From positions 46,142 through 110,141 of the forward strand of contig CASEYP010000002.1 of the NCBI GenBank assembly GCA_949292185.1: a DNA stretch of 64,000 nucleotides, read 5' to 3'. Made by a program: the position numbers and the translations under genes. How positions within the stretch are numbered: the stretch's first letter is position 1; each line of letters starts with the position of its first letter. The notes below the pieces were generated by a model. The model did no database searches, was not told the DNA's origin, and was given only the letters and a program-made list of their open reading frames with translations. Positions 56,361-64,000 of this stretch are shown here, piece after piece. The stretch is from an uncultured bacterium. GTDB taxonomy: Bacteria > Cyanobacteriota > Vampirovibrionia > Gastranaerophilales > Gastranaerophilaceae.

Positions 56361-57707
56361 TTAAACCTTACTCATAATATCAATCATACATTCACGAGCT
56401 ACATCAGTTACAAAATCCATATCTTCTTTTTCAATAATCAATGGTGGATTAAAGTAAATAACATCACCCAAAGGTCTTAATAACACGCCTTTTTTCAATG
56501 CTTCTTTATAAATTTGATATCCTAATCTCCATTCAGAAGGATAAGGCTCTTTTGATTTTTTATCTTTAACAATTTCAATAGCATTAACCAATCCTATATG
56601 ACGAACTTCACCAACATAAGGCAAATCTAGGAATTTTTCACAAATAATCTTATTGAAATATTTAGCTTTCTCTACTGCGTGAGGAATAATTTGTTCATCC
56701 TCCAAAATATTCAAAACCTCAATAGCCGCAGAACAAGCCAAAGGATTGCCAGCATAAGTGTGAGAATGCATAAAGGCTTTTCCTTTATTATAATCATCAT
56801 AAAAAGCATCATAAATCTTTTGTGTCGTTACACAAATAGACATTGGCATATAACCACCGGTCAAACCCTTTGAAAGACATATAATATCAGGAGATACACC
56901 GGCATGATCAAAAGCAAACATCTTTCCTGTTCTACCATATCCTGTAGCTATTTCGTCTGCTATTAAATGAACATTGTACTTATCGCATAAAGCTCTTAAT
57001 TTGGTCAAATACAATGGCGGATAAACCTTCATACCTGCAGAACCCTGTAATAATGGTTCAACCAACATTGCACAAGTTTCATTTCCATATTGTTCAAATG
57101 TTTTTTCAGCATTTTCAAAACATTCACAACCACAATTATCACGGCATTTGCCATAAGGACATCTAAAGCAATCAGGTCCCTTAACTCTAACTACATCCAT
57201 CAAAATAGGTTTATAAATTTCAGAATACAAATCACAAGCACCTACTGATAAAGCCCCAATAGTTTCACCATGATAAGCATCTGTTAATGCCATAAAACGT
57301 TTTTTCTGAGTATTACCGGTTTGCTGATGGTACTGAAAACTCATTTTCATAGACATTTCAATAGCAGCAGAACCATTATCAGCAAAATTGAATTTACATA
57401 ACCCTTTTGGTAACACCTTAACCAATCTTTGACACAATGTAATTGCTGTTTTATGTGTAAAATTAGCAAATATAACATGCTCTAATATATCTAACTGTTT
57501 TTTCATAGCAGCATTTATTCTAGGATTACAATGTCCCAAAAGGTTGCACCACCAAGAACTTACAATATCTTTATAACAATTTCCGTCTATATCATACAAA
57601 TTTATACCCTTAGCATGATCAATTACAATAGGAGGTAATGATTCGTAATCCTTCATCTGTGAACACGGGTGCCAAATGTATTTTAAATCTTCTTCTTGCC
57701 AATTCAT
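56361..57707 (-). CDS. bioA: Adenosylmethionine-8-amino-7-oxononanoate aminotransferase
   Basis: 448 aa class-III aminotransferase with ADEIATGYGRTG and CLSKGLTGGY (PLP Lys). Confidence 0.9.
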   Translation of the reverse strand: MNWQEEDLKYIWHPCSQMKDYESLPPIVIDHAKGINLYDIDGNCYKDIVSSWWCNLLGHCNPRINAAMKKQLDILEHVIFANFTHKTAITLCQRLVKVLPKGLCKFNFADNGSAAIEMSMKMSFQYHQQTGNTQKKRFMALTDAYHGETIGALSVGACDLYSEIYKPILMDVVRVKGPDCFRCPYGKCRDNCGCECFENAEKTFEQYGNETCAMLVEPLLQGSAGMKVYPPLYLTKLRALCDKYNVHLIADEIATGYGRTGKMFAFDHAGVSPDIICLSKGLTGGYMPMSICVTTQKIYDAFYDDYNKGKAFMHSHTYAGNPLACSAAIEVLNILEDEQIIPHAVEKAKYFNKIICEKFLDLPYVGEVRHIGLVNAIEIVKDKKSKEPYPSEWRLGYQIYKEALKKGVLLRPLGDVIYFNPPLIIEKEDMDFVTDVARECMIDIMSKV

Positions 57708-57734
57708 AATATACTCACTTCCTTATATATAATA

Positions 57735-58421
57735 CTAATTAAATAACTCCAACAAATCACTTTGGCTAATATTTATATCGCTATCACCTTTTGCAACTTC
57801 AGCCAAAACCTTTATTCCTGTTAAAAATTCAACCTGTTTTTTATTATCAACATGCATAAAGTTATTTGCATCATAATTGTTAAATATAATGCCCCTAATA
57901 TCAAGCCCCTGAGCTTTTGCATACTCAACAGTCAAAAGTACAGAATTTATAGTTCCCAAACCGCCATCAGCAACTATTACAATCCCTAAGCCCAATGTTT
58001 TGATAACCTCAGGTAATAGTAAAACTTGGTCTTTCATATTAAAAGGACAAGTAATACCTCCAGCACCTTCAACAACTAAATAGTCATAATCCTTAGTTCT
58101 TTTCTCATACTCAGATTTTATAACATTTTTATCGATAGAAACATTTTGTCTAACAGCAGCCAAATGAGGCGAAACAGCCTCTTCAAAGCAATATGTAACA
58201 CAATCCTCAGGTTTAACATTTACCCCCGAAGTTCTAACAACAAAATCACAATCTCCAGGTAGTAAACTACCATCTTCTTGCCTGATTGCACCACTTAATG
58301 CTGGTTTATAATACCCGCAATTAAAATTTAAATCTCTCATTTTTTTTACTAACAAACCTGAAATATAAGTTTTACCAACATCCGTTCCGGTTGCGGTAAC
58401 AAAAATAGATTTACATACCAT
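57735..58421 (-). CDS. bioD: Dethiobiotin synthase
   Basis: 228 aa with P-loop TGTDVGKT and VEGAGG. Confidence 0.88.
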   Translation of the reverse strand: MVCKSIFVTATGTDVGKTYISGLLVKKMRDLNFNCGYYKPALSGAIRQEDGSLLPGDCDFVVRTSGVNVKPEDCVTYCFEEAVSPHLAAVRQNVSIDKNVIKSEYEKRTKDYDYLVVEGAGGITCPFNMKDQVLLLPEVIKTLGLGIVIVADGGLGTINSVLLTVEYAKAQGLDIRGIIFNNYDANNFMHVDNKKQVEFLTGIKVLAEVAKGDSDINISQSDLLELFN

Positions 58422-58501
58422 ATACCTAATCCTCCATAAAATAAAAGCGGCAACTATTAGTTACCGCCTTTTATTATATATCATCAAAATAATCAATCAA
58501 A

Positions 58502-60520
58502 TTATAATGTTGCTCCACCATCTAACAAGTAATCATAATGTCTGATATCATCATAATTGTTGTTAATAGGTTGAATTGGTTCTGGTTGAGGTTCAGGTTG
58601 TTTTTGAGGAGCAGGCTGAGCCTTTGTAGAACGTTTGCTTAACAAAGCATCAAAGTCAGGTTCTAATGTCAATTCAAAGTGGAATCTACCAATTTTTCTA
58701 TTTGTTTCATAAGCATTGTTGATTAAAGGATAGCCCCAATATAATCTGGCACTCAAGTCACCCGGCAATTGAACTCTTAAGCCCATACCAACAGAAGCTA
58801 AGAAGTAACTTCCACCGTAGTAATCTTGACCTACCCAAGGGAATACACCTGCAGTATCTGCAAATACAGCACCTTTAATATACTGACCAATAAAGTTCTT
58901 AGTTACACCGTCTTTGTTAGTTATAGTTCTAGGTAACAATGGGAACATCAATTCACCACTGAAGAAGTAACCACTTTTACCCATCAAGATACCTTCTGAA
59001 TAACCTCTAACAGTATACAAACCACCTGTTTGGAATTGATCAATATATGGAATATATTTACTGTTAGGAATAACCTGGTAACTACCTCTTAATTGACCGA
59101 TTACACCGTGAGAGAAATCATGCAATCTCAAGATACTTCCAGAATATTTGAAATAACTTGACTGATCATCTAACACAGGTAACGCCATTGCAGCACCTTG
59201 GTATAAATACCAAATACCATACTTAGTATCTTTTCTAGCATTGATACCAACATCGATACTTGTAACTTGATCGGTATTAGCAAACGGAGAATTAAATCCC
59301 ATTTGTTCAAACATACTATCATAACTAGACCAAGTTCTAGAACGTTTATAATTCAAAGATGCAATAGTTCTTAATTCAAAACCACGTTTTCTAACGATAG
59401 GTTGATCATAGTACAAACTATATAAATAAGAATTACTCTTTAATCCTAAACTTGTAAGATAAGCTGGTCCGTATTTAACATTTGCAAAAGTAGAAGAGAA
59501 TGAAAAACCAACTCTACCGTCTTTTTTGTTTACCGGATAGCTATAATCAAAGAATGGACTCACAGATCCACCAGAGAAATAAGAACCCAAAGTCATTTGG
59601 TCTCTATGATGGAATAAACTATCAGCAACAATAGCAGGACCACCTCTCAATGAACCTGTACTTCTTCTACCAGCATTATCCATCATACCGATAATATGGA
59701 ATGGGAATGTTTCTCTTGCTGTTAACTCAATATCAGTAGTTCCAGGCTGAGTACCAGCTTTCAAATTAGCTGCAAGGTTAACACCATCGTGATATCTGTT
59801 AAAATCAAGAACATCTTGCTCTAAATTTACGATATCAAATAATTCACCTGATTTTTGAGGCATACGATCTAAGATATATTTATCTGTAGTATATCTATTG
59901 TTTTCTACTGTAATATTACCAATCTTACTTTCAATAAGTTCGATTCTAATATTACCGTTAGAAACAGTTTGTTCAGGCAAATAAGCTCTTGCTGTTACAT
60001 AACCTTTTTCAGCATATAAATTATTAATAGCATTTATAGCATTTTGAATATCAGACATAAATACGTTTTTACCAACGTATTGCCCAATAACATTATTAAT
60101 TTCTTCCTTAGTTAAAATTTCTGAAGGTGAAACCTCTATAGAATTTATATAAACACCCTTTGTTCCAATTTCATCAATTGTAGCCTTCATTGTATCAGGA
60201 ACATCCTGTGGTGCATAATTAGTAACAGGAGAACCTTGCGTACCATAACGTTGTTCTTGATATTTGCTATAATCTTTATCTTCCAAACGTTGGTTTCTAT
60301 CATAACGCATAATATCACTATCGTGCTTTATAACACCACCAACTTCATTCATAACAGGAACGATACCATGAGTATATCCAAACCCTGCATTTACACTACC
60401 AGGAGCACTCGTTGGAACATCAGGAGCCGCAAATGTTGGGGATACACAAACACACATTGCACAAAACAACGACGCCGTAAGCAATGTTTTTATGCAACTA
60501 TTTCTTCTAATCTTTTCCAT
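58502..60520 (-). CDS. ShlB/FhaC/HecB-type (TpsB-like, Omp85 superfamily) outer-membrane transporter with C-terminal extension
   Basis: 672 aa. Signal peptide ending TFA. POTRA-like IRIELIESKIGNITVENN. L6-type motif TGGLYTVRGY. Barrel-like end RFHFELTL followed by 53 extra residues. Confidence 0.75.
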   Translation of the reverse strand: MEKIRRNSCIKTLLTASLFCAMCVCVSPTFAAPDVPTSAPGSVNAGFGYTHGIVPVMNEVGGVIKHDSDIMRYDRNQRLEDKDYSKYQEQRYGTQGSPVTNYAPQDVPDTMKATIDEIGTKGVYINSIEVSPSEILTKEEINNVIGQYVGKNVFMSDIQNAINAINNLYAEKGYVTARAYLPEQTVSNGNIRIELIESKIGNITVENNRYTTDKYILDRMPQKSGELFDIVNLEQDVLDFNRYHDGVNLAANLKAGTQPGTTDIELTARETFPFHIIGMMDNAGRRSTGSLRGGPAIVADSLFHHRDQMTLGSYFSGGSVSPFFDYSYPVNKKDGRVGFSFSSTFANVKYGPAYLTSLGLKSNSYLYSLYYDQPIVRKRGFELRTIASLNYKRSRTWSSYDSMFEQMGFNSPFANTDQVTSIDVGINARKDTKYGIWYLYQGAAMALPVLDDQSSYFKYSGSILRLHDFSHGVIGQLRGSYQVIPNSKYIPYIDQFQTGGLYTVRGYSEGILMGKSGYFFSGELMFPLLPRTITNKDGVTKNFIGQYIKGAVFADTAGVFPWVGQDYYGGSYFLASVGMGLRVQLPGDLSARLYWGYPLINNAYETNRKIGRFHFELTLEPDFDALLSKRSTKAQPAPQKQPEPQPEPIQPINNNYDDIRHYDYLLDGGATL

Positions 60521-60558
60521 TATTTAATTCACCTTCTATATTAACATATATCTAGTTA

Positions 60559-60673
60559 TATATAGTATACTATATCTCTAAGTATATTGTGTTACAATAA
60601 GTGTCAAATAAAAACCTTTTTTTAATTTTTGTTAAGAATACTTTACAAAAATTAAATAATTATATAGTATACT
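60559..60673. repeat. Two copies of the 13-mer TATATAGTATACT (contains palindrome AGTATACT) in the divergent intergenic region
   Basis: Copies at 60559-60571 and 60661-60673, 102 bp apart, between the TpsB-like gene (-) and skp (+). Confidence 0.6.
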
Positions 60674-60800
60674 TACTAAAATATTATACAGATTTTTAAA
60701 GAACATGTAAAGTTGTTACAAAAAAAAATAGACTAAACGTATTAGCGTATGTTATAAAAAAAATTTTGTGGTAATATAAACCTGTTAGAAGGAGAACATT

Positions 60801-61256
60801 ATGAAGAAAAATTTAGGTTTATTAGCAGCAACAGTGGCTGTATTAGGAGGATTATCATTTGGTTTAGCTGCACAAGCTCAAGATTTTACAGTTGCAGTTG
60901 TTGATGTTCCTCAAGTAGTTAATGCATCTGCACAAGTTCAAGCATTGAAGAAAGAACAACAAGCAAAAACTGCTGAAATTGTTAAGTTCTTAGATAAAGC
61001 TAGAAAAGATGTAGCATCTATTTCTGACTCAACAAAGAAAAAAGAAGCTGAAGACAAATACGCAAAAGAACTTCAAGCTAAAAAAGAAAAAATGGACAAA
61101 GAATACGCAGAAAAACTAAAAGCAATAGATACATCTATTTCTCAACAAATAGCAACACAAGCAAAACAAGATGGCTATAGTGTTGTATTAAGTAAAGGCA
61201 TCGTTCTATATGGCGGTGAAGACATTACAGCTAAAATTATTAAAATTGTAAAATAG
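60801..61256 (+). CDS. skp: Periplasmic chaperone Skp/OmpH
   Basis: 151 aa. Signal peptide ending SFGLAAQA. Lys/Glu-rich helical body. Confidence 0.8.
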   Translation: MKKNLGLLAATVAVLGGLSFGLAAQAQDFTVAVVDVPQVVNASAQVQALKKEQQAKTAEIVKFLDKARKDVASISDSTKKKEAEDKYAKELQAKKEKMDKEYAEKLKAIDTSISQQIATQAKQDGYSVVLSKGIVLYGGEDITAKIIKIVK

Positions 61257-61280
61257 CAAATCTTAAAAATTAGAACTAAA

Positions 61281-61314
61281 AACAGCCTTTGGCGAAAAAC
61301 CTCAGGCTGTTTTT
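61281..61314 (+). terminator. Terminator of skp
   Basis: AACAGCCT ... AGGCTGTT stem followed by TTTT. Confidence 0.7.
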
Positions 61315-61332
61315 ATATTAAATTTACAAATT

Positions 61333-61359
61333 AAAAGCTCCTTAATTTAAGGAGCTTTT
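61333..61359 (-). terminator. Terminator of the hydrogenase operon
   Basis: 12-bp perfect stem AAAAGCTCCTTA / TAAGGAGCTTTT with a 3-nt loop. Confidence 0.75.
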
Positions 61360-61366
61360 ATACTAA

Positions 61367-63118
61367 TTACACATCCTTATAAGAACCAACGAATTTATTA
61401 ACATAAGCAGTATGTAACAATTCGTGAGCTTTATGAGAACCTGGATGTTCAAGATATTCTTGATACAATTTTTGAATTGAAGGATTCATATGAGATTTTC
61501 TAATTGGTAAATCATGATCTTCTTTATATAAACCTTCAGCTCTTTCTTCTTTAATGTGAGAGTCATCACAACTTCTAGGCTGACCTCCACCGTTTACACA
61601 ACCACCTGGACAAGCCATAACCTCTAACATCTGAAAATCAGCTGTACCATTTTTAATTTCTTTCAGAGCTTTTTCAGCCTCTTTCAATGTTGAAACAACT
61701 CTAACTACAAGTTTTGTGCCTTTTAAATCAAGATGGATAGTTTTAGAACGATTAGAAGTTCCTCTCATTTCTTTAATATCAACATCTTTTAACTGTTCAC
61801 CTGTTGCAAATTCATAAGCAGTTCTAACAGCAGCTTCCGCAACACCACCTGAAGCTCCAAAGATTGTACCTGCACCTGTATATTCACCAAACGGAGAATC
61901 ATTAGGTTCCGGAGTCAATGACTTAAAGTCAATACCTGCAGCCTTTATCATCTTACCTAATTCTTTTGTTGTTATTACATAATCTGTATCAGGTCTACCA
62001 CCCCTAGCCAATTCAGGTCGTTTACATTCATATTTTTTAGCAGTACAAGGCATTACAGCTACAACAACAAGGTTTTCTCTATCAATATGGAAATGTTTTG
62101 GTACCAAATCTACTAAAACTGGTGATAACATACTCATCGGAGACTTACAACTTGATAAGTGATGTAACATATCAGGATGTTGATCTTCCATATATTTAAT
62201 CCATGCAGGACAGCAAGAAGTAAACAATGGTAAATCTTTACCTGATTTTAATCTTTCCAAAAATTCAGTAGCCTCTTCCATAATAGTTAAATCTGCTGAA
62301 AAATTAGTATCGAATACAAGATTAAAACCTAATTTTCTTAATGCGGCATTCATAAGTCCAATAGTATTTTCACCAGGTTCCAAACCAAACATTTCACCCA
62401 AAGCAACACGAGTTGCAGGTGCCATTTGAACAACAACAGTTTTATCAGGATTAGTAATTTCATCCCAAACTCTATCTGTATCATCTTTAATAGTCAAAGC
62501 ACCTGTTGGACAAACAGCAGCGCACTGTCCGCAAGAAACACAATCAACCTGTCCTAAAGGTTTACCTGCCATAGGCTGAACCACAGTTTTTGACCCTCTA
62601 TTTGCAAATCCTAAAACGGAATGTCCTTGAAATTCTGAACATGCTCTAACACAAGCACCACATAAGATACATTTGTTAGGATCTCTAACTAATGCTGGAC
62701 TGCTATCATCTACAGGAAGATAATCTTCTAACTTCTTATCCGGGAATCTTATATTTTTTATTCCGTATTCTTCTGCATACTGCTGCAATTCACAGCTACC
62801 GCTTTTTTCACAAGTTAAGCAACTTCTATCGTGATTTGCCAGTAACAATTCTAAAACTGTTTTTCTTATTCTTCTTGTTTTTTCTGTATTTAAATGAATT
62901 TTCAAACCATTTTCCGGAGGCATTGTACAAGAAGATTGAATTCCTCGACCTTCAACCTCAACAACGCACATTCTGCAAGCTCCAAATGAAGTTAAATCAG
63001 GTCTGTAGCAAAATGTAGGAACATTCATGCCGGCTTTTCTGATAACTTCTAACAAGTTTGGCTCATTAGAAAATTCAACTTCTTTGCCATCTATAAATAA
63101 TGTTTTTTTATCTGCCAT
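61367..63118 (-). CDS. hydA: [FeFe]-hydrogenase catalytic subunit (HydA, M3-type with N-terminal 2Fe-2S and 4Fe-4S domains)
   Basis: H-cluster motifs TSCCPAW, MPCTAKKYE and EVMACPGGCVNGGG, plus N-terminal ferredoxin-like Cys clusters. The ATG at 63118 follows an AAGGAAAA RBS (the track ORF extends to 63139). Confidence 0.93.
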   Translation of the reverse strand: MADKKTLFIDGKEVEFSNEPNLLEVIRKAGMNVPTFCYRPDLTSFGACRMCVVEVEGRGIQSSCTMPPENGLKIHLNTEKTRRIRKTVLELLLANHDRSCLTCEKSGSCELQQYAEEYGIKNIRFPDKKLEDYLPVDDSSPALVRDPNKCILCGACVRACSEFQGHSVLGFANRGSKTVVQPMAGKPLGQVDCVSCGQCAAVCPTGALTIKDDTDRVWDEITNPDKTVVVQMAPATRVALGEMFGLEPGENTIGLMNAALRKLGFNLVFDTNFSADLTIMEEATEFLERLKSGKDLPLFTSCCPAWIKYMEDQHPDMLHHLSSCKSPMSMLSPVLVDLVPKHFHIDRENLVVVAVMPCTAKKYECKRPELARGGRPDTDYVITTKELGKMIKAAGIDFKSLTPEPNDSPFGEYTGAGTIFGASGGVAEAAVRTAYEFATGEQLKDVDIKEMRGTSNRSKTIHLDLKGTKLVVRVVSTLKEAEKALKEIKNGTADFQMLEVMACPGGCVNGGGQPRSCDDSHIKEERAEGLYKEDHDLPIRKSHMNPSIQKLYQEYLEHPGSHKAHELLHTAYVNKFVGSYKDV

Positions 63119-63159
63119 AATTTTATTTTCCTTATACATAAATTCTTAAATTTTATCTA

Positions 63160-64000
63160 CTACTCAAGAACAATAGCCTTGAACGGACAATTAGTTAAAC
63201 AAGCTTCACACTTAATACATTTTGACTGATCAATGTGATGAGGTTGTTTAACTGAGCCAGAAATAGCTCCAACCGGACAAACTCGTGCACATTTTGTACA
63301 ACCCTTACATAAAGATTCTTGAATAACAATCTTTTTCATAGCTGCACAAACACCTGCTGGACATTTTTTATCCTTAATATGCGCAATATATTCATCTCTA
63401 AAGTACTTTAAGGTAGATAAAACAGGATTTGGAGCAGTTTTTCCTAAACCGCACAATGAACCTTCTTTAACAGTTCTTGCAAGATCTTCCAACAAATCCA
63501 AATCTTTCATTTCACCTTTGCCAGCAACAATTTTTTCAAGAATTTTTAACATATTCTTTGTACCTTCACGGCAAGGAACACATTTTCCGCAACTTTCGTG
63601 CTGTGTAAAATTCATGAAAAATCTTGCTACTTCAACAATACAAGTATCTTCAGCCATAACTACAAGACCGCCTGAACCAACCATCGCACCTGCTTTAATC
63701 AAGTTATCATAATCCATAGGGATATCTAAATGTTCTTCAGTTAAACATCCGCCGGAAGGTCCACCAATTTGAACAGCCTTAAATTTTTTACCATTTCTAA
63801 TACCACCACCGATATCAAAAACAATTTCTCTTAACGTTGTTCCCATTGGAACTTCAATAAGTCCTGTGTTATTAACTTCACCTGTTAGGGCAAAAGTTTT
63901 TGTACCTTTTGAAGTTTCTGTACCCATAGATGCAAACCAATCTGCACCTTTTAACAAAATTACAGGGACATTGGCTAAAGTTTCAACGTTATTAATCAAT
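63160..64000 (-). CDS. hydB: NuoF-like NAD(P)H-binding hydrogenase subunit (HydB/HndC-like), C-terminal part; gene runs off window end
   Basis: [12 protein letters not shown] (N3-type cluster) and two C-terminal ferredoxin motifs [12 protein letters not shown] / [12 protein letters not shown]. The ORF is open to the window edge. Confidence 0.88.
   Translation of the reverse strand, partial: LINNVETLANVPVILLKGADWFASMGTETSKGTKTFALTGEVNNTGLIEVPMGTTLREIVFDIGGGIRNGKKFKAVQIGGPSGGCLTEEHLDIPMDYDNLIKAGAMVGSGGLVVMAEDTCIVEVARFFMNFTQHESCGKCVPCREGTKNMLKILEKIVAGKGEMKDLDLLEDLARTVKEGSLCGLGKTAPNPVLSTLKYFRDEYIAHIKDKKCPAGVCAAMKKIVIQESLCKGCTKCARVCPVGAISGSVKQPHHIDQSKCIKCEACLTNCPFKAIVLE

Noticed and set aside
58502-61256. 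Complete two-partner secretion locus
   Set aside because: No TpsA-like large exoprotein gene is adjacent. The neighbours are bioD and skp. Only the transporter is reported, as an orphan.

Overview
Very AT-rich chromosomal window from a diderm, fermentative anaerobe. The gene content fits a non-photosynthetic cyanobacterial relative (Melainabacteria/Vampirovibrionia, Gastranaerophilales-like), but this is inference only. Supporting features are an F-ATPase operon with both b and b' subunits, an EF-Tu with the cyanobacterial-type ANPxxxRGENEW insertion, an [FeFe]-hydrogenase with a NuoF-like subunit, Rex, a Na+-pumping oxaloacetate decarboxylase, an Omp85/TpsB-type barrel, Skp, MsbA and MlaD. 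I find about 60 protein genes and one tRNA-Leu(UAG). I recognised no rRNA, CRISPR array, transposase, integrase or phage gene. Most genes are housekeeping: atp, birA-oadGAB, ilvB, rph, hup, apt, ligA, speB, queF, coaE, coaX, rex, tuf, ychF, ahcY, uvrA, obg, folP, bioDA and hydAB. The main unexplained signal is a strictly spaced bipartite DNA element, GCAATT-N13-ATACTTTATATA. It occurs seven times, always 28-46 nt upstream of a start codon and in the gene's orientation. It sits in front of genes of unknown function only. These are a tandem array of paralogous 56-99 aa micro-proteins headed by a ribbon-helix-helix (RHH) protein (33.6-35.4 kb, between tuf and ychF), a 67-aa ORF upstream of coaX, a leaderless CHAP peptidoglycan hydrolase, and a 414-aa protein. 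The last two share an aromatic/Gly/Asn/Met-rich N-terminal low-complexity module. I interpret this as a small, undescribed regulatory system: an RHH regulator, paralogous tail-sharing micro-proteins, and a dispersed cell-wall/low-complexity-protein regulon. The sequence patterns are directly visible; the function is inference. Secondary oddities are a 1386-aa GH13-like protein with a huge insertion, an orphan TpsB-like transporter with a post-barrel tail, a degenerate PurN-like protein with a Cys-rich tail, a terminator that embeds the coaX Shine-Dalgarno (SD) sequence, and several gene pairs of unknown function.
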